A stretch of DNA of 27,001 bases from a virus (IMGVR_UViG_3300037846_000038:1-27001); one strand, 5' to 3'. Positions 17,380-25,669 are shown, counted from the first letter of the stretch. Notes: generated by a model from the sequence alone, not told the origin. Translations and numbers: made by a program.

Positions 17380-17736
17380 TCAAGCCTCGTATGGCTCTAG
17401 GCCGTCAAACACTGGCATATCGTCAGGATCAGCAACGGGGTATTCGCCCCCTTCCTCCGGGAAGAAGCAATCGATGGTACGACCGAAATTGTCGCACTTA
17501 ATGCACCAGCCAAACCCGTTCACGCGCTCGACACCGATCTTCGATAGCGCCTCAAATAGGCCGTCGTAATCGATGACATCGACCTGTCGTATCCGGTAGA
17601 ACAGGATATCCAGATCCTTGCGCGAACCCTCTTTGTAAAGGGTACCACCCGTCAGTGCGACATGGCACCCAAAGGGTGGACAGATCGCCTCAATCTGGCG
17701 ACAAAGATCAATCGCTTCGCTTTGTGTCCAACTCAT
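17380..17736 (-). CDS. Minimal Pol-beta-superfamily nucleotidyltransferase-like protein
   Basis: VALTGG-x9-DLDIL matches hG[GS]x9-13DhD; candidate third Asp in TIDCFF. Confidence 0.7.
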   Translation of the reverse strand: MSWTQSEAIDLCRQIEAICPPFGCHVALTGGTLYKEGSRKDLDILFYRIRQVDVIDYDGLFEALSKIGVERVNGFGWCIKCDNFGRTIDCFFPEEGGEYPVADPDDMPVFDGLEPYEA

Positions 17737-17748
17737 TGCTTTCCCCTT

Positions 17749-17949
17749 TCAACACTCATCCACATACAGATCCAGCGGCATCAGCTTTGCACTGACGTCG
17801 ATCCGTCCAGCGCTGTAGAGAGAGCAAATGAAGCGCTTGCGGTTTTCCCGGTCTCCGTAATGACGGATGCGAGCATGGGTCCAGTCGAGCGATTTCGCTG
17901 CCTTGATCGCTGGTGCGAAGAGCCTGGTTGTGGTGCGAACAGTCATCAC
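17749..17949 (-). CDS. Hypothetical protein
   Basis: 66 aa; 4-bp overlap with the upstream gene. Confidence 0.55.
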   Translation of the reverse strand: MMTVRTTTRLFAPAIKAAKSLDWTHARIRHYGDRENRKRFICSLYSAGRIDVSAKLMPLDLYVDEC

Positions 17950-18308
17950 CCTTCCTCCCTAAATTCGATGTCTGGGTAAAACGCCTTGAACAGCGTGCGG
18001 CGAAGGACATAGGCCTCTGTGCGCGTGGCCTGTCCGCCTTTCAGATCGAGAACCACGGGTTTTCCGTTTCGCTCGCGAAAGGCGAAGTCTGGCCTCATGC
18101 CAACCCGTCTGCCATTGTCGTGCTTTAGCTGGACACCTCCGACGACGAAGCCATAAAAAGGTTCGAATTCGAGGTGGGATATTTCCCCGGCGCGTTCTAG
18201 CAGGCGGAGTTCGTTGCACTTTCGGGCTTCAGCAATGGAGCTATGCTCATGGCCGATTGAACAGTGCGATCGCTTGGCGCAGAATTTATTGACCTTGTGC
18301 CGCATCAC
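17946..18308 (-). CDS. DUF1064-like PD-(D/E)xK nuclease
   Basis: NKF.AK......S..EA....EL.LL.RAGEI..LE.EP.Y...PDF.F.E....VV.DLKG...T..Y.LRR.LF...YP. Confidence 0.85.
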   Translation of the reverse strand: MMRHKVNKFCAKRSHCSIGHEHSSIAEARKCNELRLLERAGEISHLEFEPFYGFVVGGVQLKHDNGRRVGMRPDFAFRERNGKPVVLDLKGGQATRTEAYVLRRTLFKAFYPDIEFREEG

Positions 18309-18309
18309 G

Positions 18310-18984
18310 TCACAGAGCCTCCCAGCCGCGAGGATTGAAGCCCCGTTTCTGCGCCATGGTGATCATGTCCTGTGTCTCCATGTGACGCCCCCCAACGACA
18401 TGCCCGGTACGTTTCTTGTCGAGGATGGAGGCTTGGTAGACCGGCATCAGGCGCCGTAGATGCTGGGCAGCGCGTCCAGCCATGGAATCGTCGGCCGGAG
18501 GAATGAGAGACTGTTGCACTGCCCCGTAGGGCTTGCGCTGCTTGAACTTGGCGCCCGTCTCACGCACCCAGCGGGCGAGTTTGTATCCACTGACCCCAAA
18601 GCGCTGGGCAGCCTCATAGCGATAGAGGTTCGCGGCCAGAGCCACGAAGTTGGCAGGTGCATCCCCGGTCTCCTTGGCGTTCGAGGGTGACTTGATGCCA
18701 CACTCGCGCCGCCAGCGCAGAATGAGTGCCTCACCGCAGGTAAAGCGATCGCGCAGCTTGTCGTTGGTCTCCTTGCCCGCATAGATCGGGAAATCTTCGG
18801 GCATAGGCCGTAACTGCGCCGGCTTTCCCTGCCGGGCGGTGATCTCATCGGCGATACCGCATTCGATGACCCAGCGCCGCATCGTGCCTGTGCCAAGCGA
18901 GAAGTGCTGTTTCGTCTCTGCTACGCCGTGGGTCAGGGCGTATTCCTTGAAACCTGGATCGATCGGACGAGGAGGAGCACCCAT
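18310..18984 (-). CDS. Protein with three tandem HTH-like repeats
   Basis: P..F...A ... F ... RW..E(C/T)G occurs three times. Confidence 0.75.
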   Translation of the reverse strand: MGAPPRPIDPGFKEYALTHGVAETKQHFSLGTGTMRRWVIECGIADEITARQGKPAQLRPMPEDFPIYAGKETNDKLRDRFTCGEALILRWRRECGIKSPSNAKETGDAPANFVALAANLYRYEAAQRFGVSGYKLARWVRETGAKFKQRKPYGAVQQSLIPPADDSMAGRAAQHLRRLMPVYQASILDKKRTGHVVGGRHMETQDMITMAQKRGFNPRGWEAL

Positions 18985-19133
18985 TAGCGATGCTCCCCGA
19001 ACAGATGATCATCCGACAGACGCAATGTCGTTCGCGGAAGAGACGCCATGTGGCGCTTTAGTTCGGCCTTGTGGTCGACCTTCACGCGCTCCAAGGTGAT
19101 GCGATTGGTCTTGGGATTAAGCCTTACAATCAT
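18984..19133 (-). CDS. Hypothetical protein (49 aa)
   Basis: Hand translation MIVRLNPKTNRITLERVKVDH...; fills the gap with overlaps at both ends. Confidence 0.55.
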   Translation of the reverse strand: MIVRLNPKTNRITLERVKVDHKAELKRHMASLPRTTLRLSDDHLFGEHR

Positions 19134-19354
19134 GAACCGACTTTCGTGGTAAAGCGACCGATAGCGTCGCGTTTCTGGGTTTTTCCGGAGAGACGATGCT
19201 CTTTCCGGCGCAGAAGGGTTTCCAGCATATCCGCGCGAAGTCTCTGCGAATTCGAGAGACGACGGTGATGATTGCTCAACAGAATGTGGTGGATGAGAAG
19301 GAGCGTTGCGCCCATGCTATAGGCCAACAATCCTGCGATGAAAGCTCCGGTCAT
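19130..19354 (-). CDS. Small TM protein with RDAIGRF tail
   Basis: ATG at 19354 with GGAGG RBS; hydrophobic N-terminus. Confidence 0.65.
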   Translation of the reverse strand: MTGAFIAGLLAYSMGATLLLIHHILLSNHHRRLSNSQRLRADMLETLLRRKEHRLSGKTQKRDAIGRFTTKVGS

Positions 19355-19659
19355 TGGTTTTCCTCCAATGCTGCATTGAGCGCGGCGGTCAGGCTCGAAG
19401 CATGGACGACACAGAATCCGATAGGCGTTTGTGGATACCATTGAACCGACCACATGGAGTTTAAGGCAATCGCTCGCTTCCTCTCATCTTCGGACACCCA
19501 TCCATGCGTATCCCAATCTGCGAGGTGTCCGGATTCCACCATTTCGCCAACCGTCATATAGGAAGGCGCGTTTGCATCGTTGAAAGCTATCGATAGGCTG
19601 CTAAACGAGCCCTTGAGAAGCGATTTAAGTCGCACTTCCAGATCGCTGAAGTCGGTCAT
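19351..19659 (-). CDS. Hypothetical phage protein
   Basis: 102 aa, W.S..E..RAI..NS.W.VQWYP.TPIGF.....S.L motif; GGGAG RBS. Confidence 0.8.
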   Translation of the reverse strand: MTDFSDLEVRLKSLLKGSFSSLSIAFNDANAPSYMTVGEMVESGHLADWDTHGWVSEDERKRAIALNSMWSVQWYPQTPIGFCVVHASSLTAALNAALEENQ

Positions 19660-19677
19660 TGCCAGTCTCCCTCGCGA

Positions 19678-20019
19678 TCAATCTGCTCGCACATGGCGAA
19701 GAATGCGTTTGCCATGTTCATCGAGGCGACGGCGAACGCGCCAAGCATCGCGAATGACAGCGTGACGACGAAGGACGGGTGCATTGCTCTTCTCCTCTGC
19801 GAAGATTTTATTGATCGCCGGCGGACGGTGAAAGAGGGGAGGACGTGAGGAATGAGAATTGATATTATAGAGCTTGCCTTTCCCCTCTAATCTCCGGCAT
19901 TTCCCAGCGATCATCGAACGGGTCATTCCCATGGCCTTCGAAATGGCTAGGAATGTCAGACCGCGTTTGCGCAAGTCGCACAGCCTATCGGTCTCGGCAT
20001 CGGTCCACGGCGCGGCCAT
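19678..20019 (-). CDS. GcrA-like regulator (N-terminal HTH domain only)
   Basis: WTD...DRL..L...G.....I...MG.TR..IAGK..RL matches the GcrA N-terminus; ATG at 20019. Confidence 0.75.
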   Translation of the reverse strand: MAAPWTDAETDRLCDLRKRGLTFLAISKAMGMTRSMIAGKCRRLEGKGKLYNINSHSSRPPLFHRPPAINKIFAEEKSNAPVLRRHAVIRDAWRVRRRLDEHGKRILRHVRAD

Positions 20020-20318
20020 CAGTTGGCCTTCCGGCCGAACTTGCCGCCATCGGAACGGATCGGAACCCACTTGATCACCTTGGCGGATAGGTCGTCACAT
20101 TCGCGATCGAGATGCTCGACCAGAACATTCAGTTCGGAATTTAGCTTGTAGAGACGCTTGCGGTCGGTCTCGATCACATCTCGATCGGCGCACAGGTCAC
20201 TGATCAGCATGTGCTTCTCAAGCAGCATCTGTCGTTGACGCGCGATCCCCATCATCGAAATCGCTGCAACCCCGGTCGCGATCACATCAATCAGAATATG
20301 CAAGGTACTTCTCCTCAA
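20019..20318 (-). CDS. TM plus coiled-coil protein (start uncertain)
   Basis: Hydrophobic N-terminal segment, heptads, C-terminal RSDGGKF. Confidence 0.6.
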   Translation of the reverse strand: MRRSTLHILIDVIATGVAAISMMGIARQRQMLLEKHMLISDLCADRDVIETDRKRLYKLNSELNVLVEHLDRECDDLSAKVIKWVPIRSDGGKFGRKAN

Positions 20319-20883
20319 TTTTAGGGAAAAACACTTTGATTTGCTCGTAAGTTTCTGCCCTCTTGAGCATGTTGCGGATGCTTATCACGCAATCTCTTAC
20401 GTTGCGGCGATACCTGACTTTTACATTATTATTTACGGGAAAATTCCATTTTCTCATGATGTTGCGTAAATTTGACTCAGAAGTATCAGATGCTTTTGAA
20501 ATCACCGATGGGGAATAGCCTTCTTCGATCAGTTCGTAGAAAAGAAGGGCCATAACATATTGTGGATGATACGCCCTTCTTGGGAAATTTATGACGCTTT
20601 TCGCGAACGATATAATTTCCTCGACTGGTGAGAACCATTCCCCGTCTAGGCGATGATTTATGAATTTCTGATGCGTCCATGCTTCATCGGACATATAACC
20701 TTCAAGAATTCCTATTATTTCTAGATCTTTCTTGATCGAAGAGGAAACAGATTTGACCCTGCTTTCTAAATGAACGGAAAACCCGATCTTAATTGGACCA
20801 GATCCGTCCTTAGCCCTTAGGAAGTAAACAAACCCTCTCTTTTCGAAGATTCCGTTACTGCCTTTTGGTATGCCAATGCGCAT
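20287..20883 (-). CDS. T5orf172/GIY-YIG-family domain protein
   Basis: GFVYFL.......IKIGFS.....R...EA..H.KF...RL.GEWF; ATG at 20883 with AAGGA RBS; visibly AT-richer than neighbours. Confidence 0.85.
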   Translation of the reverse strand: MRIGIPKGSNGIFEKRGFVYFLRAKDGSGPIKIGFSVHLESRVKSVSSSIKKDLEIIGILEGYMSDEAWTHQKFINHRLDGEWFSPVEEIISFAKSVINFPRRAYHPQYVMALLFYELIEEGYSPSVISKASDTSESNLRNIMRKWNFPVNNNVKVRYRRNVRDCVISIRNMLKRAETYEQIKVFFPKIEEKYLAYSD

Positions 20884-20913
20884 TAGGGCTTCCTTGACGA
20901 CCTTTTGGGGTAA

Positions 20914-20979
20914 TGCCATAGTGGCAAACATGATCCACATCGAAGACCTTTGCAACCATAAATTTATGTCGCTGCGGCA
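20914..20979. promoter_or_regulatory. Two operator-like sites in the divergent intergenic region
   Basis: TGCCATAGTGGCA (20914-20926) and TGTCGCTGCGGCA (20967-20979), related to the site at 21247. Confidence 0.65.
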
Positions 20980-21004
20980 AGCCGAGATCGGTACATTGAG
21001 AATT

Positions 21005-21223
21005 ATGACATACCGATTCTCATTGAAGGAAATTCTGGCAGAGCGCGGCGTGAAGCAGCGCGATCTAGCTGCGAGAATGTCTGAGATTCGCGGGAAAAAA
21101 TTCAATCAGCCAGTGCTAAGCAAATGGGCATCTGGAGCGCGCAAGCCGAATGTTGACGATATAATCGACCTCGCCAACGCCCTTCTCATTGCCCCTGGTG
21201 ACCTATTCCGCCTCGAAAAATAA
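21005..21223 (+). CDS. XRE/Cro-CI family HTH repressor (72 aa, no peptidase domain)
   Basis: LKEILAERGVKQRDLA.......LSKW.SG.RKP....I..LA.AL...PGDLF; lies at the strand switch; TACATT -10 ends 7 nt before the ATG. Confidence 0.9.
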   Translation: MTYRFSLKEILAERGVKQRDLAARMSEIRGKKFNQPVLSKWASGARKPNVDDIIDLANALLIAPGDLFRLEK

Positions 21224-21236
21224 TTCTCACTGCGGA

Positions 21237-21265
21237 TTGACACAGTTGCCGTAGCGGCATATTCT
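21237..21265 (+). promoter_or_regulatory. Rightward sigma70 promoter with operator in the spacer
   Basis: TTGACA, 17-bp spacer, TATTCT; TGCCGTAGCGGCA at 21247-21259; AAGGAGG RBS downstream. Confidence 0.85.
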
Positions 21266-21287
21266 GCATCTCAACAAGGAGGCAGAT

Positions 21288-21605
21288 ATGGACATGGAAC
21301 TTCTTCACAAGCTCGGAGTAGGCGAGAAGCTGATCCAGCGTCGCCACGATGAGATGATCAAGGCGCATAGCCTCGCCCGTGCGGCTCAGGCCTACGAGCT
21401 GGCGGCGGCTGCCGGCGCGGCGCTGGGTGAGTGCCCGGAGTGGACCGACCTGCTCCGCGCAGCGTTCGACCTGTTCGAGTGCGATCAGTTGCACGACATG
21501 CTGCAGGAGGCTTCGTGCTCGGACGAAGATTCGTTCGGCCATGACCCTCGCTCTCTGCAGTCGCGCATCGCTTCGGCGAAATTCGACGAAGGAATGGGCA
21601 AGTGA
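21288..21605 (+). CDS. Hypothetical protein
   Basis: 105 aa, perfect AAGGAGG RBS. Confidence 0.8.
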   Translation: MDMELLHKLGVGEKLIQRRHDEMIKAHSLARAAQAYELAAAAGAALGECPEWTDLLRAAFDLFECDQLHDMLQEASCSDEDSFGHDPRSLQSRIASAKFDEGMGK

Positions 21606-21904
21606 GCGCGTGGCGCTGCGCATGGAGCATGGTCGGCAAATGGCTGGTCTATGTTCCCGATCCCGAAGGCGGAGAGGTGCAGTTAACCCTTCCGGAGCAT
21701 ATGAAGGCGGAGGCGCACAAGATCGCGGCCGCGGACGATATGATGAAAGCCATAGAGGATCTCTTCCAAGAAGAAACTATGGACGTATGCATAGGGTATG
21801 ACCATGGCGGAAATTACATCTACGGAGACGCAATACGCACTGATAGCGATGCTTTCCGCAAGATCCGCATGGCATATGCTAATGCCATTGGAAAGGAAAT
21901 CTGA
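21602..21904 (+). CDS. Hypothetical phage protein
   Basis: 100 aa, A..IAAA.DM.KA.E segment; GTGA overlap. Confidence 0.7.
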   Translation: MSAWRCAWSMVGKWLVYVPDPEGGEVQLTLPEHMKAEAHKIAAADDMMKAIEDLFQEETMDVCIGYDHGGNYIYGDAIRTDSDAFRKIRMAYANAIGKEI

Positions 21905-21905
21905 C

Positions 21906-22157
21906 ATGACCCTCACCGAACAGCTTCGCGCGCTCATCGCTGAGCATGACCTGACCGCTCTGTCTGTAACCGCTTACCGCCGTACTGACGGGACCGTTTA
22001 TTTCGGGGCATACGCTCACTCGGATGTGACTGTCGGAAGCAGCATGAGCTTAAACTGTGACGATGAAAGTCCGGCAGAGGTCATAGCATCCGCCATCAAC
22101 GAACTGAATGCCAAGCGGCATAAGCCGGTGGATGTTTCCGAGATGGAGGGCTTGTGA
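21906..22157 (+). CDS. Hypothetical protein
   Basis: ATG at 21906 (MTLTEQLR), AAGGA RBS. Confidence 0.7.
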   Translation: MTLTEQLRALIAEHDLTALSVTAYRRTDGTVYFGAYAHSDVTVGSSMSLNCDDESPAEVIASAINELNAKRHKPVDVSEMEGL

Positions 22158-22309
22158 TGGCGGACTTTTATACCATCCGAAAGCGCCGAGACGATTTTTT
22201 CAATCTCTCATTTGATGAGATGGTTGAGAAAATCATAGACCTCGAAGTCGAACTCGAAACCGCATGCGATGAGATCGCCGATCTCAACAAGCAGATCGAG
22301 GAGGCCTGA
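22157..22309 (+). CDS. Small acidic coiled-coil protein (50 aa)
   Basis: Hand translation MADFYTIRKRRDDFFNLSFDEMVEKIIDLEVELE...; GGAGG RBS. Confidence 0.65.
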   Translation: MADFYTIRKRRDDFFNLSFDEMVEKIIDLEVELETACDEIADLNKQIEEA

Positions 22310-22310
22310 C

Positions 22311-22493
22311 ATGACAACCTACATCTATGAGCGGCTTCCGGACATTCCGGTCATCATCCCCGTCATGTCGGTTCCGATGATCCCGAGCGAGCGGATTGCG
22401 CTTGCCTACAGCGATCCGAACATGTCTGCCGCCGAGTTCGAGGCTCTGGTGAACAGCATCTATGGCTTTGGCGACCTTGAGGAGGATTTCTGA
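22311..22493 (+). CDS. Hypothetical protein
   Basis: ATG at 22311 with GAGGAGG RBS. Confidence 0.7.
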   Translation: MTTYIYERLPDIPVIIPVMSVPMIPSERIALAYSDPNMSAAEFEALVNSIYGFGDLEEDF

Positions 22494-22816
22494 TGGCCAG
22501 CCGCACCATGAAAACATGGCTCATCTTCCAGCTTGCAGGCTGTGGTGAGCACGAAGCCGAAGTGGTCATAACCTATGATGCCACGCCGGGCGATCCTGGC
22601 TCCGATGTTTACCCGCCATGTGAGGCAACGATCGAGATTGAGAAGATCGAGCACGTCGCTGGTACGCGGTTCAACATGACATGGATGATCGACGCTGGGT
22701 TCTACTCAGAATCCGAGTTGGCCGATCTGTGCATGCAGGATTGGATCGACGCCGAAGAGATCGAACGCGACTATGCCGATGAGGCCCGTGCCGCGCGCAT
22801 GATGGGGGACTTCTGA
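22493..22816 (+). CDS. Acidic hypothetical protein
   Basis: 107 aa, GAGGAGG RBS, strongly Asp/Glu-rich. Confidence 0.75.
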   Translation: MASRTMKTWLIFQLAGCGEHEAEVVITYDATPGDPGSDVYPPCEATIEIEKIEHVAGTRFNMTWMIDAGFYSESELADLCMQDWIDAEEIERDYADEARAARMMGDF

Positions 22817-22986
22817 TGAGTCCCTATCAGGATGACTTCGTCCGCCGCCGTCAGGCCGAGATCCGTGGCTATTCCCAGCCTATAACCCCGTTCCACGTCT
22901 TACACGGCTATGGCCGAGAGGCTGTGGCGGGATTGGTGCTAGGATTTCTGATCATCATCGCCGCAATGTTTCTGCTGGCACTGTGA
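22816..22986 (+). CDS. Small protein with C-terminal TM segment (56 aa)
   Basis: Hand translation ending AVAGLVLGFLIIIAAMFLLAL. Confidence 0.6.
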   Translation: MSPYQDDFVRRRQAEIRGYSQPITPFHVLHGYGREAVAGLVLGFLIIIAAMFLLAL

Positions 22987-22990
22987 GGAT

Positions 22991-23761
22991 ATGACGATGG
23001 ACGCGAAAATCTCCGAAGCAATCGCCGCCGTCATGGCTGGCGTGCCGATGCTCAACAAGGGCGAGAAGAATAAACATGGCAATTATAACTTTGCCAGCAT
23101 CGACGACTTCCTAGAGGCTGTCCGTCCAGAGATGGCCAAGGCTAAGCTCGTAATCTCCTCAGACGAGGAATCCTTCGATGTCATCAACGATGGCAAGGAT
23201 GCTTGGCTGAAGATGGTGTTCGCATTCACTGCGCATGCCGATGGCTCTTCATACGGTCCCCTGCGCCGCACGGCTATGGTTCGTGCTTCGATGGGTTCTC
23301 AGGCCCTCGGCGCCGCTCAGTCCTATGCGGAAAAGCAATTCCTCCGCTCGCTATTCAAGATCGCAACTGGGGAAGGCGCATCGATCGATAGCGACAGCCA
23401 CCCGCAGAGCAATCTCCCGACGCAGAATCGCGCCCCAGGTTCGAACGGCGCGGCCAAGCCGGCACCGAAGGAGCGTATCCGTTACGACGGTATGCCGCAT
23501 GAAACCCCCACCGCACTCAAGGCGGCAGTCCGGACGTTCATGATGGAAGTGAACCGCGCACCTGATCCCGACAGCCTTGATGCGCTGATCACCAGCGAGA
23601 AGGCGCTTATCGATCAGATCCGACAGGTTCGCCCTGACTGGTGGGAAGGATCGGTGGATATCGAGAAGGGCATTGCCCAGCAACTCGCCGAGCGTCAGAC
23701 CGCCGTGATGGCTGAAGCCATGGAAGGCGGATATGTCCCCGGCATTCTGGACGCCGGCTGA
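22991..23761 (+). CDS. erf: ERF-family single-strand annealing protein
   Basis: K...N....Y.FA..DD....VRP...K..L, QA.G.A.SYA.K..L...F.I.TGE...D.D. Confidence 0.88.
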   Translation: MTMDAKISEAIAAVMAGVPMLNKGEKNKHGNYNFASIDDFLEAVRPEMAKAKLVISSDEESFDVINDGKDAWLKMVFAFTAHADGSSYGPLRRTAMVRASMGSQALGAAQSYAEKQFLRSLFKIATGEGASIDSDSHPQSNLPTQNRAPGSNGAAKPAPKERIRYDGMPHETPTALKAAVRTFMMEVNRAPDPDSLDALITSEKALIDQIRQVRPDWWEGSVDIEKGIAQQLAERQTAVMAEAMEGGYVPGILDAG

Positions 23762-23934
23762 TGAGCGACACAAACGCATATCAGAGAGCGCTTTATTCGA
23801 AAAGCGAACGCTATCGGCTTGGCAAGATCAACCGCAATCGTCGCCTTCGGGGACAGCCAGAGGTATCCTATCTATCACAGGTAAAGCTTCGAACGCGAAA
23901 GGACGATGTAGATGCTTCCCAAGCGCATCGATAG
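23761..23934 (+). CDS. Basic hypothetical protein (57 aa)
   Basis: Hand translation MSDTNAYQRALYSKSERYRLGKINRNRRLRG...; TGATG coupling to erf. Confidence 0.5.
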   Translation: MSDTNAYQRALYSKSERYRLGKINRNRRLRGQPEVSYLSQVKLRTRKDDVDASQAHR

Positions 23935-24241
23935 AAACAGCCACAAGGCTGATGAGAAGCGCAGGAGTCCTGCTCATCGCGCTTGGGTTCGCGGCTTCAA
24001 CTGTTGTGTGCCGGGATGCGAAGAGCGGCCGATCGAATGCGCTCATGTCCGTCTCGGTACGGACGGTGGAACGGGGATAAAGCCAAGTGATCGCTGGTGC
24101 ATAAGTTTGTGCCGGTTTCACCATAACCGGCAACATGATGTGGGAGAGTTGTCATTCGAGGCAGAGTTCGGTATAGACATGAAGAAACTTGCGGACGAAT
24201 TTTCTCGTAAATCTCCGCATAGGTCTAAACTGGGGCTCTGA
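23912..24241 (+). CDS. DUF968-like His-Cys (HNH-related) nuclease
   Basis: H.AWVR...CCV.GC.....AH.R.G...G.G.KPSD.W..SLC..HH..QH..GE..F. Confidence 0.85.
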   Translation: MLPKRIDRNSHKADEKRRSPAHRAWVRGFNCCVPGCEERPIECAHVRLGTDGGTGIKPSDRWCISLCRFHHNRQHDVGELSFEAEFGIDMKKLADEFSRKSPHRSKLGL

Positions 24242-24242
24242 C

Positions 24243-24896
24243 ATGGATGATATTTCGAAACTTGAAGGACGAAGGTTCGGCTGTTGGTTGGTTATTGAGC
24301 GATCTGAACGGCCTGTTAACACAAAGGAAAAAGGTAGATTTTGGCTTTGCGAGTGCGATTGCGGTAATAGGCAACTTATTCCCGGAGGGCGCCTGAATGC
24401 AGGTAGGGGAATAAATTCATGCCGAGCTTGTTTTGGTCACGGACATGCTCGTTCTAGAAGTCTATCTCCAACGTACAATTCTTGGAGAGGAATGAGGGAA
24501 AGATGCATTAGCCCTAATCATGCCTCGTACTCTAGATACGGAGGAAGGGGCATAAAAGTTTGTGATAGATGGATTAGATCCTTCCCTAATTTCCTAGAAG
24601 ACATGGGAGATCGTCCTAAGGGAATGTCTCTAGATAGAATAAATCCAGATCTAGGATATTCTCCTGAAAATTGCAGATGGGCAACCGTGAAGCAGCAGTC
24701 CACTAACACAGTCCGTGGAGCTATGACTGATGAGCAAAAGGTTGCCATCATAGAGATATACAAAAGTGGGATTAGCGCTCGGCTAATAGCTGATGCAGTT
24801 GGAATATCCAGGGGAACCGTATCTGCTTTGGTAAGCTATTCTGGATATAGCAAACGTCAGGAGATCGAGCGAGTTAAGCGGGAGATCTCGGTATGA
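24243..24896 (+). CDS. HNH-type homing endonuclease with C-terminal HTH
   Basis: G.RFG...V...W.C.CDCG, Y.SW..M..RC, YGGRGI.VC.RW..SF.NF..DMG.RP...SLDRI...GY.PENCRWAT...Q..N; AT-richer; ATG at 24243. Confidence 0.88.
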   Translation: MDDISKLEGRRFGCWLVIERSERPVNTKEKGRFWLCECDCGNRQLIPGGRLNAGRGINSCRACFGHGHARSRSLSPTYNSWRGMRERCISPNHASYSRYGGRGIKVCDRWIRSFPNFLEDMGDRPKGMSLDRINPDLGYSPENCRWATVKQQSTNTVRGAMTDEQKVAIIEIYKSGISARLIADAVGISRGTVSALVSYSGYSKRQEIERVKREISV

Positions 24897-25264
24897 GCCA
24901 AGTTGTCATCCTTCGCGGTGACGCCCAGCGCGATCTAGCAAAGCGCCTCATCGACAAGGCTCCGGCTGATTACGTCGTCAAGATCGCCGAACCGAAGCGT
25001 TCTGATGAGCAGTCGCGCAAGATGTTCGCCATGCTGTCGGATATCGCCCGCGCCAAACCACTCGGCAGACGTCATACAGTCGACGATTGGAAAGCGCTTG
25101 CGATGAACGCTTGTGGGTGGGAATGCCAGTTCCAAGAAGGACTTGACGGTCGGCCGTTCCCGATTGGGTTCCGATCCTCGCGCCTCACCAAGTCGCAGAT
25201 GAGCACACTGATCGAGTGGTTATTCGCGTTCGGTGCAGAGCATGGAGTTCGATGGTCAATTTAG
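24893..25264 (+). CDS. ninB: NinB/Orf-family recombination protein
   Basis: I.EPKRS..Q...MFAML.DIA...DWK...SS.L.K.QMS.LIE...AFGAE.GV.W. Confidence 0.92.
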   Translation: MSQVVILRGDAQRDLAKRLIDKAPADYVVKIAEPKRSDEQSRKMFAMLSDIARAKPLGRRHTVDDWKALAMNACGWECQFQEGLDGRPFPIGFRSSRLTKSQMSTLIEWLFAFGAEHGVRWSI

Positions 25265-25307
25265 CTGTTGACAGACGTAACGTCGTGACGTTATAAGGGG
25301 TCAACAG
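25265..25307 (+). promoter_or_regulatory. Sigma70-type promoter with nested inverted repeats
   Basis: TTGACA (25268), 18-bp spacer, TATAAG; inner IR TAACGTC-GT-GACGTTA (25278-25293); outer IR CTGTTGAC...GTCAACAG. Confidence 0.8.
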
Positions 25308-25319
25308 ATGGAGGAAGAG

Positions 25320-25481
25320 ATGAGCACGGAATATGATCAGCTTGTGGCATGGCGCTCCACTCTTTCGACGATGCGCTCTGAGATGAGCAAGGTCGCCAGG
25401 GTGTCATTGCAAGATCAAATCGACGCGCTGGGCGAGGTCATGTCCACCTTGGACGATGTGCTTGATGAAATGGAACCATGA
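25320..25481 (+). CDS. Small acidic helical protein (53 aa)
   Basis: Hand translation MSTEYDQLVAWRSTLSTMRSEMSKVARVSLQDQIDALGEV...; GGAGGA RBS. Confidence 0.7.
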   Translation: MSTEYDQLVAWRSTLSTMRSEMSKVARVSLQDQIDALGEVMSTLDDVLDEMEP

Positions 25482-25669
25482 GCATGACCCAACCCAGCCT
25501 AGAAGCCCAGCGCCAGAAGCGCTACCGAGATGCTAAGACCGCCCGGTATCACAGCATGGAAGACGGTCTTACCCGTATCCTCTCGAAGCTCGAAGGCAAC
25601 ACCAAGCCTTTAGCCAATGAGATACGGGATATCGCCACCCACTCACTCAAGGGGAACATCCGTGGATAA
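25478..25669 (+). CDS. Small basic-helix/coiled-coil putative DNA-binding protein, paralog of 8508..8693
   Basis: EAQRQKRYRDAK...RILSKLEGNTKPLANEIR. Confidence 0.75.
   Translation: MSMTQPSLEAQRQKRYRDAKTARYHSMEDGLTRILSKLEGNTKPLANEIRDIATHSLKGNIRG

Noticed and set aside
20870-21105. Extended overlapping starts of the 272-aa and 117-aa ORFs
   Set aside because: The extensions run through the operator/promoter region and each other; internal ATGs at 20883 and 21005 fit the domains and signals better.
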